Below, piece by piece: positions 18,414-28,707 of a DNA stretch of 64,000 nucleotides (its first letter is position 1; each line of letters starts with the position of its first letter). The stretch is from Candidatus Bathyarchaeota archaeon. GTDB lineage: Archaea; Thermoproteota; Bathyarchaeia; Bathyarchaeales; Bathycorpusculaceae. The stretch lies in the NCBI GenBank assembly GCA_963777155.1, contig CAVZPM010000038.1, forward strand, positions 35,615 through 99,614. The letters are read 5' to 3'. The notes under the pieces were generated by a model, which was not told where the DNA came from, did no database searches, and worked only from the letters and a program-made list of their open reading frames with translations. A program made the position numbers and the translations under genes.

Positions 18414-19156
18414 CTGCATCAACAAACAACCCCGTCCAATCTATCCAGATTTCGGTGGTTCTTCCTGCTTACAACGAAGTAGACTATCTGCAGCCAGCGG
18501 TAGAAAAAACCATTCAAGCCCTAAAAGAGTTCACCGATTCCTATGAAATTATTATTGCTGAGGACGGCAGCATCGATGGCACGGCTCAGCAAGCAGATGA
18601 ATTGGCGCAGAAGACTCCAGGAGTTAGACACATTCATCGTGAAAAGCGGCTGGGAAGAGGAACTGCCCTAAACAATGCGTTTAAGCATAGCCGCGGGCAA
18701 GTTTTGGTCTACATGGATTTGGATTTAGCTACCAATCTTATCTATCTCAAACCGTTGGTTGAAGCCATAACCGTTGAAGGCTACGATTTTTCAACAGGTT
18801 CAAGAATGCTTCCCCAAAGCAGAGCTGAACGCACCTTTAGTAGAAGTTTAAGTTCTAAAACTTACAATTTTCTGGTGCGACACATGCTTGGTTCTAAACT
18901 CTATGATCACCAATGTGGCTTTAAGGCCTTCAAACGCGAGCCCCTTTTGGAGTTGCTAGATAAGGTGGAGGCGACTCATTGGTTCTGGGACACAGAAATC
19001 TTGGTCAGAGCCCATAGGCGGGGTTTTAAGATAAAAGAGATTGCAGTAGAGTGGAAAAGCGGCAGGGGTACAAAAGTTAACCTGCTTAAGGATTCGTGGA
19101 AAATGTTCCGGCAGATAATGGGACTCTGGTGGAAACTAAAGATAAAGAAGAAATGA
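18383..19156 (+). CDS. GT2 glycosyltransferase, dolichol-phosphate mannose/glucose synthase-like
   Basis: VVLPAYNE, IAEDGSID, GRGTALN, MDLD (DxD), DHQCGFKAF and WFWDTEIL motifs. Confidence 0.88.
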   Translation: MVPKLGGLRVTASTNNPVQSIQISVVLPAYNEVDYLQPAVEKTIQALKEFTDSYEIIIAEDGSIDGTAQQADELAQKTPGVRHIHREKRLGRGTALNNAFKHSRGQVLVYMDLDLATNLIYLKPLVEAITVEGYDFSTGSRMLPQSRAERTFSRSLSSKTYNFLVRHMLGSKLYDHQCGFKAFKREPLLELLDKVEATHWFWDTEILVRAHRRGFKIKEIAVEWKSGRGTKVNLLKDSWKMFRQIMGLWWKLKIKKK

Positions 19157-19158
19157 AC

Positions 19159-19698
19159 TTAGCGCTTAGCTAATAAAACAAAACTGCGAGAAATCAGCGC
19201 TAAACCGAAGATGAGCATTATTCCTGCCCAGAAAACAAACCATTCGCTTGGTATAGTCATGTTAACTAGGTAGGTAATTATTAGGTAGCTTGTACCAAGC
19301 CAAAACACGATGTTTTCTATAGTTTCAGCTTTACGTGGAACAGGCGAGTGAAATCCAACCCTGAGCAATAAGATTATGATTTCTAATATTCCTACTGCCA
19401 AAGCAAATTGGAAAGCTGCGATGTACAGATTTATATGGGCAGCTGGATCTGCGGGTGCAGGCAAAGAGATGCCGGTTGAAGGAACCACGGAAAGCTTAAG
19501 TGATGTAAAAAAGTTCACCAAGTCGCTCCAAAGGTTATTCGATATATGAATGTAGTAAACTACAGCTAAAATTATGAATACGGAGCCGATGTAAATGGCG
19601 TTTAGGAGGCTTTCTTTTCGCTTATCTGCTAACGAACCTAAACCAAAGTCAATCTTCAAGCCAAGTTTCTCCATTCGAAAATGCAGGGTTTGCCACAT
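19159..19698 (-). CDS. Hypothetical 4-TM membrane protein (paralog of 40657..41169)
   Basis: Hydrophobic helices. Shares the LPAPADPAAH, ILLLR..HS, FWLG and WF.FW..GL.LI.R pattern with 40657..41169. Confidence 0.75.
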   Translation of the reverse strand: MWQTLHFRMEKLGLKIDFGLGSLADKRKESLLNAIYIGSVFIILAVVYYIHISNNLWSDLVNFFTSLKLSVVPSTGISLPAPADPAAHINLYIAAFQFALAVGILEIIILLLRVGFHSPVPRKAETIENIVFWLGTSYLIITYLVNMTIPSEWFVFWAGIMLIFGLALISRSFVLLAKR

Positions 19699-19775
19699 AT
19701 ATCTTTCTCTTTAAGCGGCATACTGCATGTTTTAAATACGTAAAGCAGATAAACTATTATTTGGGATGAAAATTC

Positions 19776-20195
19776 ATGTCGTATTGTCCAAAATGTGGCA
19801 ATAAAGTGGATGAGACTATGGCTTTTTGCCCACGTTGCGGGGCTTCGTTAAAAACAACGGAACAAGTACACTCTACACCACCACCTGCTCAGCCATACCG
19901 GCGGCGGGATGAGAAATCAGAGAAAAATGAGAAGCAAGAAAAACAAGAGAAAAACCAAAGTTCCCAGCGTGGCGAAAAACAAGAGAAAGGCGAAAGCGGC
20001 TTTATTGGCTACTTAATTGGTGGACTTATTCTTGTCACTCTTGGTTTTTTCTCTGTGCTTCAGATAAGCGGTTACTTTACTGCAAGTTCTGGTCAAAGTT
20101 GGGCAGTTATGCTGTTAATCATTGGCATAATCATCATTGTTGGCGCTATCTATGTTGCTTTGATTGCACGTCGACGCTCTCCGCAACCACCCTAA
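19776..20195 (+). CDS. Zinc-ribbon domain membrane protein
   Basis: N-terminal CPKCG..CPRCG, a charged EK-rich linker and two C-terminal TM helices. Confidence 0.8.
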   Translation: MSYCPKCGNKVDETMAFCPRCGASLKTTEQVHSTPPPAQPYRRRDEKSEKNEKQEKQEKNQSSQRGEKQEKGESGFIGYLIGGLILVTLGFFSVLQISGYFTASSGQSWAVMLLIIGIIIIVGAIYVALIARRRSPQPP

Positions 20196-21331
20196 ATTAT
20201 CCTCCCTAAAAACGCTCGATAAAGCCGATGTTCTAGAAGTGTTGATGTTTTCTTTCTTCCGAATACTCGGTAATGGTTTTTTCCTGCAGCTTCAATCAAG
20301 TCTCCAATTTCGTAGCGTGGAAACATACATGAGGAAACAATCAAGCTACCCCATTCGCCCCTTCTTAGTTCATGCAACATCTTGATACCCCTGCCCGTTG
20401 CAACTTCAAACAAATATGAGTCGTAGTTTGGGGTAATGTAGGGTAAGTCGTCGAGTTGTTGACCGAAGACTCCTTCTGTGGCAGTGTACATTTCCACAAT
20501 TGGCACTTCGCCGAAATATTTTTTGAGGATAGGTCCATATTTGAAATGGATTTTAGGAACACTGGTGCAGAATATAGCTTGGGTTTTCCATAGATCTGCG
20601 GGCTTCTTTCCGTATTTGCGTTTAATGTATCTGGCGAAGGACAGGATTACGGGGGTTACACCCATGGCTGCAGTAACATTTTGGTTTTGAGCCATCTGGT
20701 ATGCAAGGTCGAAGCGTTTCTCCCAGTCTGCTCTGCCGACACCACTTCCTAAAACGTCGATTTCTTCTTGTCTCGGAAGAAGACTTACTCTGTCAAACAT
20801 CGGGTTAAGCCGTGCATAGGTTCCTGAACTGTAGCCATATGTAACTTGTTTGCCGTCAACTTCCATGGTGTGGACATTTGAGGGAAAATTTAAGTTGAGT
20901 ATTACACCCATAAAGACCTCATAGCTTTTTTTCCTAACGGCATAGTTGATGAGTCCTCTTGCGCCACAACTATAGATTTGTTTTAGGTGGGTTTGAGTTG
21001 CAGGTAGGACTTTCGATTGTCCTGTTGATCCTCGTGTCATAACCCAGGTTTCTGGCGGTTCAGACAAAAATGCCTTGTAACTGCGTTCTTTTACCTGAAT
21101 CAGATATGGAGTGAGCTCTGAATAATTAATTATGGGAAAATTAGCACGATAATCAGAAATGTTTTTGACTTGGGAGACATTGTGACTTTGGCCATATTCA
21201 GTTGTCTGATATTTCTGAACCAAATCATCAAGCACCTGTCTCTGTGCTTTCTCAGGATTTTCGATTGAGTCATACCATGGTTGAACGTATGGTCGCAATA
21301 TACTGTTCACAGCATCTTGGTCAGGTAACAT
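20192..21331 (-). CDS. GH3 auxin-responsive-promoter family acyl-adenylate-forming enzyme
   Basis: YQTTEYG, FPIINYSEL, MTRGSTGQSK (P-loop-like motif I), MYTATEG (motif II) and RYEIGD (motif III). Confidence 0.8.
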   Translation of the reverse strand: MLPDQDAVNSILRPYVQPWYDSIENPEKAQRQVLDDLVQKYQTTEYGQSHNVSQVKNISDYRANFPIINYSELTPYLIQVKERSYKAFLSEPPETWVMTRGSTGQSKVLPATQTHLKQIYSCGARGLINYAVRKKSYEVFMGVILNLNFPSNVHTMEVDGKQVTYGYSSGTYARLNPMFDRVSLLPRQEEIDVLGSGVGRADWEKRFDLAYQMAQNQNVTAAMGVTPVILSFARYIKRKYGKKPADLWKTQAIFCTSVPKIHFKYGPILKKYFGEVPIVEMYTATEGVFGQQLDDLPYITPNYDSYLFEVATGRGIKMLHELRRGEWGSLIVSSCMFPRYEIGDLIEAAGKNHYRVFGRKKTSTLLEHRLYRAFLGRII

Positions 21332-21406
21332 AACTCTCGCTAAGTCTTTGTCATGGTTTTGCTTATATGCTTCTCCACTAATAGACTAAAAATAGGTTGA
21401 AGCATC

Positions 21407-22330
21407 ATGGCAGAAATAGTTAAAGACACAGCGGAAAGAATAAGAATGCTCCAAGTTCAAGGCGCCCGAAACGTCGCCATAGCCGCTGTCAAAGCCATCC
21501 AAACACAAGCAGAAAAAACCAGAGCAAAAAACAAAGCCGCCTTTCTATCTGAACTTAAGGAAGCCCAAACCATCTTTGTTGCTTCCAGAGAAACTGAGCC
21601 ATTGATGCGAAACGCCATTCGCTTCATAAACACAAAAGCCCAAGGTGCAGATACAGAAAAAGTTGCGGAGTTGAGCCGTCTGGTGTCTTCTGCCGCAAAC
21701 CAGTTTTTGACTGAGTTGGATGCGTCAAGGGAACGCGTTGCAGAAATAGGCGCAAAACGAATCTGGGATGGCATGGTTATTTTTACCCACTGTCACTCCT
21801 CAACCGTAACACGTATGATGGCTAAGGCAAAAAACCAGGGCAAAAATTTCAAGGTAATCTGCACCGAGACGCGCCCTGCCTTTCAGGGAAGAATAACCGC
21901 CAAAGAGCTTGTGGACTTAGGCATTGAAACCACATTTATTGTTGATTCGGCAACGCGAACTTTCATTGGTGATGCAGACTTTGTGGTTGTCGGTGCAGAC
22001 GCAATAACCTCCGAGGGCAATGTCGTAAACAAGATTGGAACAAGCGCTATTGCAGTACTAGCCCATGAGGCCCGCAAACCGTTCTATGCGGTTTCGGAAC
22101 TCCTTAAGTTTGATCCGGAAACCCTTGGCGGCGAATGTGAAAAAATCGAGCAAAGAAGCCACACAGAAGTTTGGAGCGAAGCGCCACCAAAGCTTACCAT
22201 AAGAAATCCCGCTTTCGATGTCACCCCAAACCGTTACATTCACGGCCTAATTTGTGAAGAAGGTATAATCGCTCCACAAGTGGTCGTGGAAGTTATGCGT
22301 CGCAGGTTTCCATGGGTTTTCCTCTCTTAA
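21407..22330 (+). CDS. e2b2: Ribose-1,5-bisphosphate isomerase (eIF2B-related)
   Basis: VQGARNVA, RETEPLMRN, THCHS (catalytic Cys), ETRP..QG, VGADAIT (catalytic Asp), NKIGT and NPAFDVTP motifs. Near RuBisCO and AMP phosphorylase. Confidence 0.9.
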   Translation: MAEIVKDTAERIRMLQVQGARNVAIAAVKAIQTQAEKTRAKNKAAFLSELKEAQTIFVASRETEPLMRNAIRFINTKAQGADTEKVAELSRLVSSAANQFLTELDASRERVAEIGAKRIWDGMVIFTHCHSSTVTRMMAKAKNQGKNFKVICTETRPAFQGRITAKELVDLGIETTFIVDSATRTFIGDADFVVVGADAITSEGNVVNKIGTSAIAVLAHEARKPFYAVSELLKFDPETLGGECEKIEQRSHTEVWSEAPPKLTIRNPAFDVTPNRYIHGLICEEGIIAPQVVVEVMRRRFPWVFLS

Positions 22331-22479
22331 CCTGCCAAATTGCTTACTATCGATCGCCTGTTTTACGTTGGATTAGTACAAAATAGTGTGTGAAGGATAA
22401 CTGGTGAAAACTGAAATATTAGCCCTTAAAAAACATAAAATAAAAAAAGGAGAGATTGTTTTTTGTTTGTGTGGTTTTT

Positions 22480-25029
22480 TTATGGTCGTTTCTTCATCAT
22501 CATTACTACTAGTAGAACTAGTACTATGATGATTAAGACGAATAGACCTGCAATTGCTGGTACGAAGTATGTGTCAGCTGTTGATGCTGGTGTTGGTGTT
22601 GGTGCTGTGGTTGCTGCTGGTTGGTCTTCAACGAAGAAGGCGCTTTGAGCGACTGATCCATAGTATGCTTCAGAGCCTGCGAAGGTGACGTAGACTGTGT
22701 ATGAGCCTGAGATGTCTGGTTTCCAGTTGAGTTTGTATGCGCCTGTGAGGTCGCTTGTGGTTGTGCCAACTACACGGTAGTTTCCGTTAGCGTCAAGGAC
22801 ACTAACAGTTAATGGAACACCACTTGCGTTGTTTGGACATTCGAATTGCTTGTAGACATAGAGCATCCATGCACTTTGGCTTGCGTCAGAGACTGCTGGA
22901 ACACCATTGGGGAACCGTGTTTTTAATGCGTCTGTTTGAGTGCCTGCTGAAGTGTCGACTACTGTGCCCTTTATAACGACAGTTTTGCCGAATTCAACTG
23001 ACACGTCAGGAGCTGTTACTGTTAGTGCTGTTGGTCCTTTGCCGATTGCGTAGATACGTTGGTCGTATGTGTCCATGGTTGCTATGATGCTGTCGCCGAT
23101 GATGCCGTTACCGCCCCAGCGGGTTTCACGGTACATACCGTTAACACGCCAAATTTCTGATGCCGTCAGTTGCGTTGATGCATATGTATGGTCCGCCTCT
23201 TGGTATTGGTTGTTCAGCTGAGTGCTCAAGGGTGCCGATATAGATTTTACCGTCAGCAATCAAGTCAATCCAGCCCCACCAGTTCTCGCCAGTGACAGGT
23301 TCATTGTATGGGTCAGTCATTTGGTAGGTCCATGTTGTTGCGCCAGTCTTCAGGTCGTAAGCATATAGTATGCCTGCGACACCGACTGAGTAGAGTTTGC
23401 CGTATGCATAGTACCAGGTGTGTTCAACGTTGCCCCAGCCGTACATGTCTAAGTAGTTTTCAGAGGCAGTTGCCCATAGGTATTGGCCGGTTTCAACGCT
23501 AAAGGCGTAGTGGGTTCTTAGTTCTTTGTCCCAGACTGCGATGACGCCGTCTTTGACATAGTTGGTTGCGCCGGAATAGTGCAGTGTGTTTGAGCCAGAG
23601 AGCCATTCAGAAGGTGCTGCCCAAAATACATTGAAGAGCAATGATGTTGATGTTGAAGTTTTTGTTAAGCCTGCGAGGTTTAGTGCCCATACTTCAACGG
23701 TGGTTTGGTTGAAGTAGATTGACATAATTCTGTCATTGTTGTAGACTTTTGCAAATGGTGCAAAGAAGGATGTGCCAGCTGTAATTCCTGAGGGGATTGT
23801 TACGTTCCATGAGTAGGATTTTGGATTTGTTGCAACGAGTGTCTTTCCGTGTACGTTGCTTGCCCAACTACCCAAGTCTGGAGAGTTTACGGTTGTAGTC
23901 TGTAGTCCACAAAGTGTTGAGTTCCAAAGTGCCATCCAATGGTTTTGGAAGTCTATTTGGTAGATTAGAATTTCACCGCTTGGACCGCGAACAGTAGCTA
24001 TGCCTGAAGGAACGTTTGTGAAGGTGAATTCCCATGATCCGTCAAAAGGATCGTATGCATTCCATGTTGTGCCTTGGTTTGCGTAGACGTATGTGTATAC
24101 ACCGTCGACGTTGTAGCTGTTCCAGTATAGAATTTGGCCGAATGATAGTGCTGTATTGTTCTTGAACCAGAGATCTTTTCCTGTGTGCAGGTCAACTGCT
24201 TTTATGCCTTGTACACCAAGAGTGCTGCTGTATGTTCCTCCTGGTGCGACGTTGTAGTAGAGTATACCGTTCATTATTATTGAGCCACTGAATTTGCCTT
24301 CGTATGCGTCGCCTGATTCAGAAGATGCTGGAACTTGTCCATCGCCCCACAGTCCACCGGTTAAACCGCCAGTGGTTAAGTCTTTAGCCCATAGAGTGTG
24401 TGCGGTGGTTGGTGCATCATCATTGTAGAGTGCTATTGAGTTTTCTGGTATTGTCACCCAGTTGCCTGAGATGGAGTACCATTCTCTTAGCTGTGGATCG
24501 ATTGGGCGACTCCAGTATTCAGTTGGAAGAGCATGACCTGGATAAGATAGTAATGGTTCAGTGGTGACTTCAAGGGTCATTGTGGCTGTGCTTGCTAGCA
24601 TTACTGTGCCTGGGAGCAATGTAGGAGCCTCGTTCAAAGTCCATGAATCCAGGGACTGCTACTGTGTTGTTGGGGAAGTTTGTCGTTATCGTATAGTTTC
24701 CTTCCTGGGTTGGTGTGTATGTTGTGAAGCTTGAGCCTGTGGAGTCTGTGCTGAATGGGCCAAGTGTTTCTGTGGTGCCGTCAGGTTTTACAACAGTTAT
24801 TGTAATACCTGTCCACTTTCAGATCGGCGGAGCCTAAGGCTTGAGAGATACCGAATTTGAGTAGTGTTTCTTGTCCAACTCCTGTTGGGCTGGGTATTGC
24901 GTCAGCTATGGCGTAGGTTTTCTGTGTAATTGCTGCCTGTGCATTTACAGGGCTTATGTGTACCGATGTTACAACGGACATTAGAAATGCAAATATCAAT
25001 AACATTCCGATTGCATTTTTTGTTTTCAA
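22480..25029 (-). CDS. Large secreted PQQ-like beta-propeller surface protein with an Ig-like domain, Thr/Pro stalk and C-terminal TM anchor (several frameshifts)
   Basis: Signal peptide in 24781..25029, propeller blades (AVDLHTGKDLW, AYDLKTGATTW) in 23141..24637, and YAIGKGP..TTAPTPTPAS..TM-KKRP* in 22480..23259. The segments join by frameshifts. Confidence 0.8.
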
Positions 25030-25434
25030 TTTTTTTTCCTCTTTGTATTTTTCTTTCTATCTTTTTTGAATAGGTAAACTATGTTTTATTCAAACAAAGG
25101 ATTACCTATCTGCAAATCTATCATAAAATTCGCTTATAAGACTTTCTGGCAAGCGGTCACTGTCACCTGAGAAAAACGCCAATTTTTCATTGTAATGGCT
25201 AAAATGACAATGTCTTAAACATCTCAGGACCATGATAGGCACTACATAAGAAGGAAAGTCTACTTCTAATACGCACCGCAATAATTGTCCTATAGACCTC
25301 TTTTAACTCTGCTCAAGGAGCAGAATTTTTCATCACTGGAATCAGAAGCACACTTTTTCAGAAAAACTATACAGAGGAGTATTTGGGAGAGATTCTGTTC
25401 CGCTATAAACATGCGTGATAGATCTGTTGATAGT

Positions 25435-26658
25435 CTATACTTTCCATCGTTTTAGTGCATCATCAAGTTCCTGATGACTCTTTGCATATTCATCAAGGGT
25501 TTTGCCTTCCAAAGTGGCGTCAACGGCTTGACGCATTGCTGTGGCACCACAGATTGTTCCATTTGGATGCCCATGGATGCCGCCGCCTGCTTGGATGACT
25601 AAGTCGTTGCCGAAAGTCGACATCAGAGCAGGAACCAAACGAGGATGTAACCCGCCACTTGCAACAGGCAAAACTGGCTCAAGATCGCCCATTTCTGCTT
25701 TGCAGGAAGATATGTTTTCGAGGACTTCGGCTTTGGTTTCCGACATTTTACCGACAACCGTTCCGACGTGGAGTTGGTCTACGCCAATGATTCTGGCGAC
25801 TGACGCGATGGGTTTCATGGAGATACCGTGCTGCTGGTTTTTGGTGAAAGCAGCGTGTCCAGCGCGGTGGGCGTGAATGACGAGTTTGAAGTTTTGGTCT
25901 CTTAGCGTTTGGAGGGCTGACCATCCACATGTGAGAATATCCACCATGACGTATTCGCCACCTTGGTCAAGGACGCTTTGGGCGCGCTTAAGCATGGTGT
26001 TTGTTTCTGCAGTGATGTTTATCATGTAGACTTTACGTTCACCTGTTTCTTTTTGGGCTTTGTCTCGGCTCTCCAAAGTCTGTATCAAGCGGGTTTCAAA
26101 CGGGTTGAAACTCTGGCTACTCAGGTTTTCATCATCCTTTACAATGTCGCAGCCGCCTAGCCACGCCTCATATGCCACTTTAGCATGGTCTTTGGTCTCT
26201 AACCCAAGTTTAGGTTTGATTATTGTTCCTACCAGTGGACGCTTGGGAACTTTGAGGAGCTTACGGATTCCGCTGATCCCAAAGGCTGGACCTTTAAAGC
26301 TATCTAAAAGTTGTTTTGGGAATTCTATGTTAAGTAGACGTAGGTTTTTTAGTGCTTTTAAGCCAAAAACGTTTCCTGCTATGCTACTTAGGATATTTGG
26401 CATGTTAGCTGGTTCAAAAAGTTCGGGAGGATATGCTATTTTTACTACGTTATCTTCGATTCTAAAGACGTGGGCAGCAAGTCGCTTGACGTAGGGCTTC
26501 TCAGTGGTTAGTTCTGTCCATGTGCCCACTGAACTCTCCGCCGCCACACCTCCTGCAGCTTCCTTTAGGCTTAAGCCTTCGGGGTCAACTTGAAAAGTAC
26601 ACACCAATTCTGTTTCTTTGGGTTCGTAGGTTAAATCGACAAAGTCAAGATACTTCAA
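25435..26658 (-). CDS. rbcL: Form III ribulose-1,5-bisphosphate carboxylase/oxygenase
   Basis: AAESSVGTW, GTIIKPKLGL, GGCDIVKDDENL (carbamylated Lys motif), HAHRAGH, HVGTVVGKM, SGG and QAGGG motifs. Confidence 0.96.
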   Translation of the reverse strand: MKYLDFVDLTYEPKETELVCTFQVDPEGLSLKEAAGGVAAESSVGTWTELTTEKPYVKRLAAHVFRIEDNVVKIAYPPELFEPANMPNILSSIAGNVFGLKALKNLRLLNIEFPKQLLDSFKGPAFGISGIRKLLKVPKRPLVGTIIKPKLGLETKDHAKVAYEAWLGGCDIVKDDENLSSQSFNPFETRLIQTLESRDKAQKETGERKVYMINITAETNTMLKRAQSVLDQGGEYVMVDILTCGWSALQTLRDQNFKLVIHAHRAGHAAFTKNQQHGISMKPIASVARIIGVDQLHVGTVVGKMSETKAEVLENISSCKAEMGDLEPVLPVASGGLHPRLVPALMSTFGNDLVIQAGGGIHGHPNGTICGATAMRQAVDATLEGKTLDEYAKSHQELDDALKRWKV

Positions 26659-26738
26659 AGAGTAATCCTCGCGTCTGCTAATGAGAAATGGGGTTTCCTT
26701 AAAATCTTTAACTATTTCCCAGCTTAATTGGTATTGAC

Positions 26739-28292
26739 GTGTTCGAAATGGAGTTAAGCGTTGAAACCTTGATGATCACTACGGGTGGTAGCAGAATCGC
26801 ACTACTTAGCGAGCAAACCGCCAGCCTTTTAGGAGTACATAGTTCAGACAGGATAAAAATAACCTGCGAAAAACAAGAGATGATAGCCATCGCCAACATC
26901 GCTGATTATTTTCCACAAAACCGCGTTGGACTCTACCGAGAAACCGTTACAGCACTCGGAGTTAAGGAAGGCGAAACTGTGAATGTGCAGTTAGCACCAT
27001 TGCCTGAATCGCTCTTTAACATACGCGCCAAGCTGCATGGGGAACGCTTACGCGAGAAAGATATTATGGCCATCGTAAAGGACGTTATAGAGAGACATTT
27101 AAGCACGGTTGAAATCGCCGCGTTCCTTACAGCACTTAGCATCCATGGATTGAGCACGGGTGAGACCGAATCTCTTTCAAGAGCCATGATTTCTACTGGC
27201 AAAACAATTGATTTCGGCAAAAGACCCATCCTAGACAAGCATAGTGTAGGTGGAATCCCAGGTGATAAAACTAGCATGCTCGTTGTACCCATTGTGGCAG
27301 CGGCAGGTTTCACGATCCCCAAAACTTCCTCGCGAGCCATCACCTCCCCAGCTGGCACAGCAGACCGAGTTGAGACCCTTTGCCCAGTCAACTTATCCAT
27401 AAAAGAAATCAAAGAAGTCGTCTCAAAAACAAATGGTTGCCTAGTCTGGGGTGGGTCTTTGGAGCTTGCGCCAGCCGATGATCTCTTCATTCAAGTTGAA
27501 TACCCTCTGGGAATCGACCCTATGCTTTTACCTTCGATTCTAAGTAAGAAGAAAGCCATCGGAGCAACACATGTAGCAATCGACATCCCGACGGGTATGG
27601 GTGCTAAAATCAAAACCCGAACTGAAGCCTACACTTTGGCATCCGATTTTGTAGATTTGGGTAAACGGTTAGGGTTAAACATCCAATGCGCGTTGACTTT
27701 TGGGGAACAACCCTTGGGTTACGGAATCGGACCCGCCTTGGAAGCAAGGGAAGCGTTGACTACTCTTATGGGTGCGGGTCCACCTGATTTACGTGAAAAA
27801 GCCGTTTCCCTCGCTGGAATGCTCTTCGAAATGGTAGGAGCCAAAAACGGTCGAGCCATGGCTGAAAAAATGATTGATTCGGGCAAAGCAATGAAAAAGA
27901 TGCGTGAAATCATAGCTGCTCAAGGCGGAAATCCATCGGTTAAGCCTGAAGAGTTGCCTATTGGTCAAGAATCAGCTATTGTGCGTTCAGAGCAGGCAGG
28001 CAGAGTCCTCTGGCTAAGCACAGACGACATTGTGAGGATAGCTAGAGAAGCTGGGGCACCAAAAGAGAAGGGAGCAGGCGTTGTTTTGCATGCAAAGTTA
28101 GGCGGGACAGTTCACAAAGGTGGTGTGCTCCTTGAAATCTATGCTGAGCGAAGCAGCAAGTTGGCTTCAGCGCTAGAACTAGCGGGGAAACTCTCTCCGA
28201 TTGTATTAAGTAAGAAACCAGAGGAAAAAATGATTCTGGACAAAGTACCAGAGAAAACCAGACATGAAAAAGCGTTCAATATAGACAGGTAA
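26739..28292 (+). CDS. deoA: AMP phosphorylase (archaeal thymidine-phosphorylase family)
   Basis: N-terminal double-psi barrel plus DKHSVGGIPGDKTS, PKTSSRAITSPAGTAD and GIGPALEA motifs. Divergent from rbcL with an 80-nt gap. Confidence 0.93.
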   Translation: MFEMELSVETLMITTGGSRIALLSEQTASLLGVHSSDRIKITCEKQEMIAIANIADYFPQNRVGLYRETVTALGVKEGETVNVQLAPLPESLFNIRAKLHGERLREKDIMAIVKDVIERHLSTVEIAAFLTALSIHGLSTGETESLSRAMISTGKTIDFGKRPILDKHSVGGIPGDKTSMLVVPIVAAAGFTIPKTSSRAITSPAGTADRVETLCPVNLSIKEIKEVVSKTNGCLVWGGSLELAPADDLFIQVEYPLGIDPMLLPSILSKKKAIGATHVAIDIPTGMGAKIKTRTEAYTLASDFVDLGKRLGLNIQCALTFGEQPLGYGIGPALEAREALTTLMGAGPPDLREKAVSLAGMLFEMVGAKNGRAMAEKMIDSGKAMKKMREIIAAQGGNPSVKPEELPIGQESAIVRSEQAGRVLWLSTDDIVRIAREAGAPKEKGAGVVLHAKLGGTVHKGGVLLEIYAERSSKLASALELAGKLSPIVLSKKPEEKMILDKVPEKTRHEKAFNIDR

Positions 28293-28300
28293 CTACTTAG

Positions 28301-28657
28301 TTACCGTGTTATTGCTCCGCCGATTAAGCCGCCTATGGTTGCAATAACAGTAACAACGACGGCGAGAACAATTCCGAGCACTAAACCAGCTAATCCCCCA
28401 AACAAGAAGCCTAGCAAACCATGCCTAACTGTTTCAAGAACGATTATATGGAGAAACGCTAGGATCGCAAAAACAATCGCACTTAGTACGCCCGCAACAA
28501 AACCAGCCATTGTGCCGCCTATAACGCCCCTTGCAATAAGCCCTGCGATTATTCCACCCAATAAGGCACCTAAGATGTGGCCTACACCGGGAAAGATTAC
28601 TCCAAGAATCATTGTAACCACGAAACCTAACAGTGCACCTAAACCGATGTTGACCAT
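28301..28657 (-). CDS. Small Gly-rich membrane protein (DUF5518-like)
   Basis: GxxxG-rich TM helices ending GGLIGGAI. Confidence 0.7.
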   Translation of the reverse strand: MVNIGLGALLGFVVTMILGVIFPGVGHILGALLGGIIAGLIARGVIGGTMAGFVAGVLSAIVFAILAFLHIIVLETVRHGLLGFLFGGLAGLVLGIVLAVVVTVIATIGGLIGGAITR

Positions 28658-28707
28658 TTTTTCTTCATTTATTGGTTGATTACAAAAAAGAAGATAAAGG
28701 TTTGTTT

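Noticed and set aside
25308-25324. Hairpin TCTGCTC-AAG-GAGCAGA as the rbcL terminator
   Set aside because: It lies about 110 nt past the stop with no U-tract on the rbcL strand, and archaeal termination usually uses oligo-U without hairpins. Function unsupported.
25435-26658. RuBisCO as evidence of Calvin-cycle autotrophy
   Set aside because: It is form III, flanked by AMP phosphorylase and R15P isomerase, with no PRK or small subunit in the window.
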